Source of the DNA: Octopus sinensis | Lineage: Eukaryota | Assembly: GCF_006345805.1 (NCBI RefSeq) | Contig: NC_043016.1 | Span: 16,616,001-16,680,000 of the forward strand | DNA: 64,000 nt | Reading direction: 5' to 3' | In this document: one piece after another, positions 51,943 through 62,398 of the stretch | Layout: each line of letters opens with the position of its first letter | Numbering within the stretch: the stretch's first letter is position 1 | Notes under the pieces: model-generated | Seen by the model: the letters and a program-made list of their open reading frames with translations, nothing else | Told to the model about the DNA's origin: nothing | Databases searched by the model: none | Made by a program: the position numbers and the translations under genes

Positions 51943-52634
51943 TTGAAAAGAACTACCTTTTATCAATTCAATAATGAAAAAATTAAATTATACCATCTAG
52001 AAAATTACATATAGAAAGATTAAATATAAGATAAAACATATAACGATAAGTAATGTGCAAAATAATAACTAAAACGTTTTATTTATTATTTTGCACATTA
52101 CTTAATCATCGTTATATGTTTTATCTTATATTCAATCTTTCTATAATATGTAATTTTCTAGATGGTGTAATTTAATTTTTCATTATTGAATTGATAACAA
52201 GTGTTTTTTTGTAAAAAAGCACCTACTGATTGTAGCCGTTATCAGCCTCCCCTGGCACCTGTGCTGGTGGCACATAAAAAGCACCATCCATACCTGTCCG
52301 TTGCCAGCACCGCCTTGACTGGCTTCCATGCTGGTAGCATGTAAAAAGCACCAACCAATCATGGCCGTTGCCAGCCTCCACTGGCACGTAAAAAGCACCC
52401 ACTACACTCACGGAGTGGTTGGCATTGGGAAGGGCATTCAGCTGTAGAAACACTGCCAGATCAGACTGGAGCCTGGTGCAGCCTCCTGGCTACCCAGACA
52501 CCAGTCTAACCGTCCAACCCATGCTAGCATGGTAAATGAACGTTAAGCAATGATGATGATAATATATATCTATATATATAAGAAATTAAAATGGAAAATA
52601 CGCACTCTTACATAGTTTTAACATAATTTTTAAT

Positions 52635-52669
52635 ATATCAACCGGTTTCGCTATCGCTATTCATGATAT
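52635..52669 (-). ncRNA. Ultra-minimal hammerhead motif with A3-U8 core (family G)
   Basis: Minus strand ATATC-ATGAATA-GC(gata)GC-GAAA-CCGG-TT-GATAT; 5-bp stem I, palindromic AACCGGTT helix III. Confidence 0.5.
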
Positions 52670-52823
52670 TATGTTTTACTTATTTGAATATGTATTTTTT
52701 GTTAAGAAGAAATTTTATTTATCTACATGTGGAGTCATTCACTCGTAAATATCATAACACACAACATGGACAAAATTTCTTAAGAAAAAATACATATTCA
52801 AATCAGTAAAACATATGCATGTA

Positions 52824-52874
<51 letters not shown>

Positions 52875-53271
52875 TGGAAATATGTTACAAAAAGCAAATA
52901 GAAACTAGATGTGGAAATGTAAGGGGAAAGTAAGAAGAAAAATAAGCAAAAATGCACATTGCACATGAAAAAAAGTAATAGCTTTTTATGAAAAGTAACG
53001 ATACATACAATTAGATAAACTGAGGTAGGAATAAAAATATAAAAAGTTATTGTGAATTGTGAAAGAGATTCAAAAGCATACGGGCTTTGAATGCGCACCA
53101 GTTACCGAACAGTGTCAGGTTTACTAGTTCCTGAGTAAACGGGAGGTAAGTACTTCTGGATTTGGTGCAATTAGGGTAGAGACTGATGACATCTTGTCTT
53201 CTCTTATAAACAGAGATATGGTGGGTGCAGCGCAAAACCATCGGATGTTTGTCCTCATCTTGTTTGTTGTT

Positions 53272-53317
53272 AACACAACATTTCAGCTGATATACCCTCC
53301 ATCCTTCATCAGGTGTC
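53272..53317 (-). ncRNA. Family B hammerhead motif
   Basis: Minus strand GACAC-CTGATGA-A-GGATG(gagggtatat)CAGCT-GAAA-TG-TT-GTGTT; stem II partly eroded. Confidence 0.55.
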
Positions 53318-53974
53318 ATGGGGAAATTTCAAACCTGTGTTCTCATTCCCACGGGCATGTATCGTAGTGGTTAAGAGCGCGGGCTACTAACCCCAAGATT
53401 CCGAGTTCGATTCCAAGAAAATTCTACCTGGGCCCCACTTGCAAGGTCATGCACTGTTTATCTTGCCAGCGTTGCCCCGACTGGCTTCTGTGCTGGTGGC
53501 ACATAAAAAGCACCATCCGAACGTGGCTGTTGCCAGCGCCGCCTTGGCTGGCTTCTGTGTCGGTGGCACGTTAAAAGCTCCGACCGATCGTGGCTGATGC
53601 CGGACCCCCTGGCACCTGTACAGGTGGCACGTAAAAAGCACCCACTACACTCGCGGAGTGGTTGGAGTTAGGAAGGGCATCCAGCTGTAGAAACTCTGCC
53701 AGATCAGACTGGAGCCTGGTGCAGCCCCTGGCTCTCCAGACCCCGGTCGAACCGTCCAACCTGTGCTAGCGAGGAAAACGGACGTTAAACGATGATGATG
53801 ATGATGATGATAAGATCACCATGTCGCGCAAATATGGTTGTGATGCATGTACCTAGTGTACCCTTATCAGACGGGTAGTCATGATGGGTATACTGGGCTT
53901 CGTATATTTTACCCCAGTGTCACTTTGATGGCATGCACTGCTCTCTCACTCAATAATAATAATAATTACATTGA

Positions 53975-54500
53975 AGAATATCTTGGGAACGAGAACCCAG
54001 GTTTGTAATTTCCTCAAGATGCCTGAAGACAGCTGGAGGGTATATCAGCCGAAACGTTGTGTTAACAACAAACAAGATGAGGATGAATATCCATCAATTG
54101 TAAATAATGTACATAATTCCTCATCTCTTAAACATAGAACTGAATAATAATAGCAACAACATCAAAAAATACCTTAGGAATGAGAACCCAGGTTCGAAAT
54201 TTCCCCAAGAAACCTAATTAAGGGTTGAGGGTATATCAGCCGAAACATTGTGTTAACAAACAAGATGAGGACAAACATCCGACAAATGTGAATAATGTAC
54301 ATGGTTCCTCATCTCTTAAATATAGAACTGAATAATGATGATGATAATAATAATAATAATATTAAAAAATATGTTAGAAATGAGAACCCAGGTTTGAAAT
54401 TTCCCCAAGACACCTGAAGAAGGCTGTGGAGGGTATATCAGCTGAAAGGTTGTGTTAACAACAAATGAGATGAGGACAAATATCCGTCGAATGTAAATAA
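53975..54500 (+). mobile_element. Tandem trimer (~190-200 bp unit) of the family B hammerhead-bearing repeat (retrozyme/PLE-like)
   Basis: GAGAACCCAGG at ~53991, 54182 and 54382. CTGAAGA cores at 54023 and 54414 (middle copy mutated to CTAATTA), each followed by CAGCY-GAAA-NN-TT-GTGTT. Units are separated by (AAT)n. Confidence 0.75.
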
Positions 54501-54547
54501 TTTAAATAATGTTTTAAATAAAATTTTAACTGATTTTATAATTTTAG

Positions 54548-54682
54548 AAGCGTTAGAAACTGCTGTTGGTGCTTCTGCCGGTGAAATTTCTGCTGGAGAT
54601 GCTGGTGCAGCTGCCGGTGGTCCATCTAAGTCTGTTAAGCAACTAAAAGAAGAGGTCACTTCTCTGCATAAAGCTGTTTCAG
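54548..54682 (+). CDS. CDC42BPA: MRCK exon (coiled coil, Gly/Ala-rich linker)
   Basis: Acceptor attttag; (E)ALETAVGASAGEISAGDAGAAAGGPSKSVKQLKEEVTSLHKAVS; donor G|GTTTGT; phase 1 to 1; KQLKEEV resembles MRCK KNLKEEI. Confidence 0.85.
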
Positions 54683-55456
54683 GTTTGTATATCTTTAAAA
54701 TTATTTCAGATAGGGTCTTGTTAAACCGTTAACGGATTATCCCCCAGTTTACTTGTGCATCACAGATGTATCTTTTTAGAACCAGACGAGTATACTCAGT
54801 CAAAATTAACATTTAATTGTAGCACTCAAACGAGTTTATGTTTGAGCAATAGGCGTTGGAGTGACTGTGTGGTAAGTAGTTTGCCTACCAACCACATGGT
54901 TCCAGGTTCAGTCCCAATGCGTGGCAAATTGGGCAAGTGTCTTCTACTATAGCCTCAGGCCAAACAAAGCCTTGTGAGTGGATTTGGTAAACGGAAACTG
55001 AAAGAAGCCCATCGTATATATATATATATGTGTGTGTGTGTGTTTGTGTGTCTGTTTGTTCCCCCCAACTTCGCTTGATAACCGATGCTGGTGTTTATGT
55101 CCCTGTTACTTAGTGGTTCGGCAAAAAGAGACCGATAGAATAAGTACTAGGCTTACAAAGAATAAGTCCTGGGGCCGATTTGCTCAACTAAAGGCAGTGC
55201 TCCAGCATGGCCGCAGTCAAATGACTAAAACAAGTAAAAGAGTAAAAAAAATCTCGAATTTACTCGCGTTGTTTAAAAGAAATAAGTATTTTTTCATGGC
55301 TATACTCCATGATAGTGAGATATGGGCTCTAAATGTGGAGGGCATGTATAGATTAGAAAGGAATGAAAGTAGAATCCTCCAAAGGGTGTTTAGCATCAGT
55401 GTGTCTGACTGACAAAGCACACCTGTGTTGAGAGAAAAGTTAGAAATAATGGGAAT

Positions 55457-55940
55457 TAACCCCTTAATGGATTATCCCGAGTTTAATCGTGCAGATTATC
55501 TTTTTAGAACCAGTACGGGTATACCCGGTCAAAATTAACTTTTAATTTTAGCACTCAAACGAGTTTATTTGTTTTGTGTCATTTCATTTTTGAGCAACCA
55601 CGAATTTACTTGCGTTGTCGTATGCCTGGCAGCACATATTCTGGCACCATTTCAAAGAATTTATGCTTCTAAGTTTTGAACTTTTACTTCAGTGCATTCT
55701 CAGATTCAGGAGAAGGTTGATGCCATTTTAGATCCGTCTTGTTCTGATTCTCTATTTTTTATACAAATAAGAGAATTATTTACACATTTCTTTTTCTCAA
55801 AATGGATGAAAACTTCAATATATTCAGCAATCATGAGAGCGGTTTTTCATTTCACAATCTGGAAAGCTCTGGCGATGAATTAGACACGTGTAGTTCAGAC
55901 TCTGACAATTTTTCAGAAAATGACCAAAAAAAACACACCA
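55457..55940 (+). mobile_element. piggyBac-like left end with acidic N-terminal ORF remnant (related copy 54721-54845)
   Basis: TTAACCCC terminus; MDENFNIFSNHESGFSFHNLESSGDELDTCSSDSDNFSENDQ acidic start. Confidence 0.5.
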
Positions 55941-56867
55941 TTCAGGCATGGACGTTGCCATTACCGCCCGACTGGCCCTTGTTCCAGTAGCACGTAAAAG
56001 CACCCACTACACTCCCAGAGTGGCTGGCATTAGTAAGGGCATCCAGCTGTAGAAACTCATATTGGAGCCTGGTGCAGCCATCTGGCTCACTAGTCCTCAG
56101 TCAAACCATCCAACCCATACCAGCATGGAAAGCGGATGTTAAATGATGATGATAATATAACATATTACATACACACATAGCCACCATACTGGCTCCTGTG
56201 CAGGTGGCCTGTAAAAACCACCATTTGTACGTGGCCGTTGCCAGTACCGCCTCAGTGGCCCTTGTGCTGTTGGCACATAAGAGCACCCCCTACGCTCTCA
56301 GCCATCTTGTTCGTCAGTCCTCAGTCAAACCGTCCAACCCATGCTAGCATGGGAAACGGACATGAAATGAAGATGATATAACCTGTTAGCATTCAGATTA
56401 ATCTCTCAAATGCAACACTTATTTATTTCATAATATTTTGGATTAATTGTGTGTTATTTTCTAACTGAGATTTCAATGATGTGATTGCTCTGTCTTACAG
56501 TAACATTGCTGAGTAGATGAGAGAAACCAGTTCTAGCCATTTTGAGCATAAATCCAGGATAAGATTTGGGACAGATATGGCCAGCTTAAATGCTGAACTT
56601 TTAGCAGTTTCATTACCACAGCTTGTTGTGAATCTAAGATTGGATCATTCTTGCTTTTGCGTCCTCAATTTACTCTTTTACTCGTGTCAGTCATATGACT
56701 GTGGCTATGCTGGAGCATCGCCTTTAGTCGAGCAAATCGACCCCAGGACTTATTCTTTGTAAGCCCAGTACTTATTCTATCGGTTCTCTTTTGCCGAACC
56801 AAGTTACGGGGACGTAAACACACGCACACACACACACACACATAGACACACATACATATACATGCAC

Positions 56868-56927
<60 letters not shown>

Positions 56928-57000
56928 CATACATACATACACACACACGATGGGCTACATGTATATATATATAGATGTGTATATATATATATATATATAT

Positions 57001-58068
57001 AGTCAATTTAGGGTAGCAAAAAATTCAATAGAATTTATCGCTACCAGCGGCCTGGTGGAAAAGAGAAAATAGTCATCGACTAAATATATAAATATAACAA
57101 TTTAGGAGTGACCCTAACAGGTCATTCGTCCACCAGAAAGAGCAGCCATAACTCACACCGCCAAGTAGTAGTAATTCAGAAATTAGGTGAAAATTTAAAA
57201 ACATTTACCCTAATCATCTTTTAGACGTTGCAACGTTTCTGTGTCATTAATGATTAAATTAGCTTAATTAAATTAAATTAAGCTAATCTACCATAGGTTA
57301 CACTTCATCAGTAAAAAACCTGGGAGAGACAAATATACACGAGGCGTCTGTATCGATGCCTACGGAATATCTGTCTTAAAATTTTCAAGACTGACGTATT
57401 CGCGCCAAACTTATCAGCAGTAAATATAAACTGCCGATTCAATCTCAGAATTATTCAGAAAATTATCAATTAGTCAATTTAGGGTAGCAAAAAATTCAAT
57501 AGAATTTATCGCTACCAGCGGCCTGGTGAAAAGAGAAAATAGTCATCGACTAATATATAAATATAACAATTTAGGAGTGACCCTAACAGGTCATTCGTCC
57601 ACCAGAAAGAGCAGCCATAACTATTTTCTCTTTTCCACCAGGCCGCTGGTAGCGATAAATTTCTATTGAATTTTTTTGCTACCCTAAATTGACTAATTGA
57701 TAATTTTCTGAATAATTCTGAGATTGAATCGGCAGTTTATATTTACTGCTGATAAGTTTGGCGCGAATACGTCAGTCTGAAAATTTTAAGACAGATATTC
57801 CGTAGGCATCGATACAGACGCCTCGTGTATATTTGTCTCTCCCAGGTTTTTTACTGATGAAGTGTAACCTATGGTAGATTAGCTTAATTTAATTTAATTA
57901 AGCTAATTTAATCATTAATGACACAGAAACGTTGCAACGTCTAAAAGATGAATTAGGGTAAATGTTTTTAAATTTCACCTAATTTCTGAATTACTACTAC
58001 TTGGCGTGTGAGTTATGGCTGCTCTTTCTGGTGGACGAATGACCTGTTAGGGTCACTCCTAAATTGTT
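57001..58068. mobile_element. Fold-back element: ~470-bp unit plus partial tandem copy, then an inverted permuted copy, flanked by (TA)n (Penelope pLTR/retrozyme-like)
   Basis: 57001-57151 is repeated directly at 57472-57621. 57622-58068 is the reverse complement of ~57092-57541. One HHR per arm. Confidence 0.8.
57849..57946 (+). ncRNA. Type-I hammerhead motif with canonical core (family E); antisense twin at 57219-57316
   Basis: TTTTA-CTGATGA-A-GTGT...long AT-rich hairpin...ACAC-A-GAAA-CGTTGCAACG-TC-TAAAA; GUC site at 57939-57941; palindromic ACGTTGCAACGT helix III. Confidence 0.75.
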
Positions 58069-58101
58069 ATATATATATATATGGATGTATGTATATATGT
58101 G

Positions 58102-58189
<88 letters not shown>

Positions 58190-58234
58190 GATGTATATGT
58201 GTGTATATATATAGATGTATATGTGTGTATATAC

Positions 58235-58268
<34 letters not shown>

Positions 58269-58912
58269 ATATATGGATGTGTATGTATATATGTGTATAT
58301 ATATGGATGTGTATGTATATATATATATATATATGGATGTATGTATATATGTATATATATGGATGTATGTATATATGTATATATATGGATGTATATATAT
58401 ATATATATAGATGTATATATATATGCATGTATATATGTATACATGTATGTGTAGATGTATATACATATAGATGTACATGTAATATGTACACATATACATG
58501 CATACACACATACACACACATACATAGGTGCAGGTGTGGCTGTGTGGTAACAAACTTCGTTCCAAAACACATGGTCCTGGGTTCAGTCTCACTATGTGGT
58601 AACTTGGCATGTGTCTTCTGCTATAACCTCAGACCAACCAAAGCCTTGTCAGTGGATTTTGTAAACAGAAACTGAAAGAAATCAATCGTATATATATGTA
58701 TGTATATATGTAAGTCTGTGTGTGTGTCTTTGTGTTTCTCCCTCATCACTGCTTCACAACTGGTGTTCGTGTATTTACACCCCCATAACTTACTGGTTTC
58801 ACAAGAAGAAACAGATAGAATAAGTAACAGGCTTATCAAAATAAAAAAAACCCACTAAGCCATGTCCTCATATTTTTGTTTGCCCACTCAGTTGTATCTA
58901 TCAATTTATCTT

Positions 58913-58943
<31 letters not shown>

Positions 58944-59015
58944 GTGTATATATATATATATATATAATACACATGCACACACATATACACATGTATGTAT
59001 ATGTGCATATTCATA

Positions 59016-60660
59016 TCTATTATATCAATGTCTTTATGTATGTTTGTGTGTTACTTATACGTTCGAAAACTGCTGTACCAATCATAATGAAATATGGAAC
59101 ACAAAATCCAAGCCTAGGGAGAAGGGTAATGCTGTGTGTTTCATACAATTTCATGGACCACAATTACTGAATGGATCCTTATGATATTTGAAACTTAGAA
59201 TCAATGCATAAGGGCACGTATAATGGAATGTTTGGTTAGAATTTCCGATGGCTCAAAGGGGGCATGAAAACTCATAAATTTTCAATGTTGATGAAATTTC
59301 AACTGTAAGTAATTGACACACATCAAGAAATATTCTCAAAGTTTCCACTTCACATGACAATTCTAAGACACCCTAATGGGGTCTTTAACTCCCAAATTTT
59401 AGTCAAAAATACTGAATGGATCTTTACAAAATTTGGAAATTATATTCTATGCATAACGGCCATAACCCTCATGACAATTCATATATTTTTGCTGTTGATG
59501 AAATTTTAATCATACATATTAGACACAAATGAAGTAATATTTATAAAATTTCATCTTCTTACAAGTTAGAAAGACCCTTTCATGGGGACTTAACACCCAC
59601 AATTTACTCATTTTATCTAAGCAAAGATGAATACAGGTGTACTCTTGGCAGCTGTAGGGTCACCTGAGCATAAAAGATGAGCATTATTTGTAATTCAATG
59701 GTACAACAGTGTAAGAGCTTGCTTTGACATACACTTAGATTGTGATTTCTGCAATGTGGTGCATAAATTGTCAAGTAAACGAGAGGCATCTTTGCCTCCA
59801 CTGATTCAGTTGCAAATTGTTGAGTAAAGTTATTTAATTTCAGACCTCCTTTCAGTCTTTTTATTATCACTGGGTCACACATAGTCCCCTGATGGTAACA
59901 TTGATTTCAAGGCCTTCCCAGATGAGTGACTGGTTATTCAAAGACATTTATAGATTGTAAATTTATTCTGTCCAGTTACGTTTCAGTATAGTGGTCATTT
60001 GCAAACTCCAGAGGTGACACTTTAATTTCTCTTTAGCCCTCACGTCACATAGTTGTTAATGTTGATTTCAGTTGGGTCATGCCCTTCCAATTGCTATAGA
60101 TTCTTAATGCATCTGACGGCTGCACCTGTCACCTGGATGGTGAGGAATCCTACATTGGGAGTGGTAACGACTGGATTTCTATAGCTGACTGCTTATTGTG
60201 ATCATTTGTCTTTTGGTTTCCTGTAGCTTTGCTCTCTTTTACAAACCCAGTGAACATAAATATATTTCTTATTTCAAAAAATTCAATCAATAGATATAAG
60301 ACCCAAGTTAAAAAGATTTTCAACAATTCAACTTCTCTGGTTGACATTAAGACACCCACCCCCAATAGGGGCCTTAATTCTCATATTTTAGAGCTCCATG
60401 ACCTTCATTTTTCAGGAACAAAATCCTTTTACAGGTTCTATAAGACTGGAATTTTGGAATATGCGCATAAAGATTGTTAGTATGGGATACATGTGGCACG
60501 ATTACAATTTTTTTAGGGTGTATAAAGAAGGAAATAACCATCATCTGCAATTTTGATGAAATTCGAATCATAGGTATTCTAGTTCATTACCGAAAATCTA
60601 ACAGAAAAGTCTAATTCTTCAATTGCAAGTGACACGGGCAATGCCGGGTATCTCTGCTAG
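59016..60660 (+). mobile_element. Non-autonomous Helitron-like element
   Basis: A|TCTATTATAT 5' end; GC-rich subterminal hairpin CACGGGCAATGCCGGG, then CTAG|T 3' end; internal degenerate subrepeats. Confidence 0.65.
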
Positions 60661-60915
60661 TATATATATGTACACACGACAGGCTTCTTTCAGTTTCTGT
60701 CCTCCAAATCCACTCAAGGCTTTGGTCACACCAAGGCTATAGTAGAAGACATTTGCCCAAGGTGCCACGCAGTGGGACTGAACCCAGAACCATGTGGTTC
60801 GTAAGCAAGCTACATACAGACAGCCACTCCTATGCCTATCGTGTGAATTATTTCATTGATAAATTTCATGTTTGAAAATTGATTGGTAATAATTTTTTTA
60901 CTTTTGTTTTAATAG

Positions 60916-61031
60916 TGAAACAAGATGAAATAAATGGCCTGCAACATGATTTGCGGAAAAACCAAGACATGAAAGCTGAACTCGAGCGGAGATTACGACT
61001 TATTGAAACAGAAAAAAATACACTACAGAAG
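60916..61031 (+). CDS. CDC42BPA: MRCK exon (coiled coil)
   Basis: Acceptor ttttaatag; (V)KQDEINGLQHDLRKNQDMKAELERRLRLIETEKNTLQK; donor AAG|GTATGG; phase 1 to 0. Confidence 0.87.
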
Positions 61032-61204
61032 GTATGGAACTTTCAAATACACAATATCATCTCCTAGATAACTTGAAAACATTTTATTCACATGGCTCCG
61101 GGACCAGTCCCTCTGCGTGGCACCTTGGACAAGTGTCTTCTACTAGAGCCTCAAGCCATCCAAAGCCTTGTGAGTGGATTTGGTAGATGGAAACTGAAAG
61201 AAGC

Positions 61205-62200
61205 CTGTCATTCATGGAAGCCAGTCAGTTGCTCTGGCAACAATCACTCTCTGAAGATGCTCTTACCGCTCCACTGGCATGGGTTCTAGTCACAGAATTT
61301 GATTCGATTTGATTTCCCTTACCTCAAATGGTCTTCGCAAGCAGAGTTTAGTGTCCAGTGAAAGAAAGGTACGCGTAAATGGGCATAGTCCACTGGTTAT
61401 GGTCTCACTTGGCTTGCTGGGTCTTCACACACATATTTCCAAAGGCCTCAGTCACTAGTCCCTATGTCCGAAGGCCATGCTTCACCACCTCATCCCAGAA
61501 CTTCCTAGGTCTACCTCTTCCTTCTTCCACAGGTTCCCTCAACCGCTGGGGTGTACACTTTTTCACACAGCTATCCACATCCATTCTCACCACATGACCA
61601 TACCAGGGCAGTCGTCCCTCTTGCACACCACATCTGATGTTTCTTAGGTCCAATTTTTCTCTCAAGGTACTTACACTCTGTTGAGTATGCACACTGACGT
61701 TACACATCCAGCGGATCATGTTAGCTTCATTTCTTTCAAGCCTATGCATATCTTATGCAGTCACTGCATATTTCCAGAGGTCTCGGTTTTTCGTAATTGC
61801 CTTTGTGAGGCCCAATGTACGAAGGTCATGCTTGACTACCTCATCCCATGCCTTTCTAGGTCTACCTCTACCCCGGATTCCTTCAACTTTTTGGGAGTGG
61901 CACTTCTTCACACATCTCTCCTCATCCATCCGTAGTACATGACCATACCAACGCAAACCATTTCTCTCAGGGTGCCTACACTCTGTTACGTGTGTACACA
62001 TCCATCGGATCATGCTAGCTTCATTTCTTTCGAGTCTATGCATGTCCTCTGCAGTCACAGCCCACATTTCACTGCCGTGAAGCATGGCAGTTCGTACACA
62101 TGCGTCATACACTCTACCTTTCACCCTGAGCGAGAGATCCTTCGTTGCTAGTAGGGGAAGAAGCTTTCTAAACTTTGCCCAGGTTATTCTTATTCTAGTG
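61205..62200 (-). mobile_element. Two adjacent RTE 3' fragments
   Basis: ORFs 61753-62124 and 61462-61749 both carry RNEA.MIRWMC...WYGHV.RMD...RGRPRK.WDEVVKH. Confidence 0.88.
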
Positions 62201-62291
62201 GTAAGTTATGGAAGCAAAATGTAGAAATAAGAATTGTAAATGTATTTTTTGTATTCTGTGTCATAAATGTGTTATTTCTTTTATTTTTAAG

Positions 62292-62398
62292 GAATTCTAC
62301 GATATACAAAACAAATATAAAATCCAAACACGAGAGTTAAAAGAAGTTATATCGAAACAGAAGATTACAATGGAGCGATTCACCGATACTTCAGACGT
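62292..62398 (+). CDS. CDC42BPA: MRCK exon (KELK-like coiled coil)
   Basis: Acceptor tttttaag; EFYDIQNKYKIQTRELKEVISKQKITMERFTDTSD resembles MRCK QSKELKDA..QRKLAMQEF; donor GT|GTAAGT; phase 0 to 2. Confidence 0.9.

Noticed and set aside
53180-53240. CTGATGA followed by a hairpin (also CTGAAGA at ~15515 and CTGATAA at ~13472)
   Set aside because: No properly placed GAAA-helix III-UH-stem I, so these are not called hammerheads.
53353-53414. tRNA-like sequence with A and B boxes
   Set aside because: No complete cloverleaf or acceptor stem; it is best explained as a SINE head whose tail resumes near 53810-53966 after an RTE 3' insertion.
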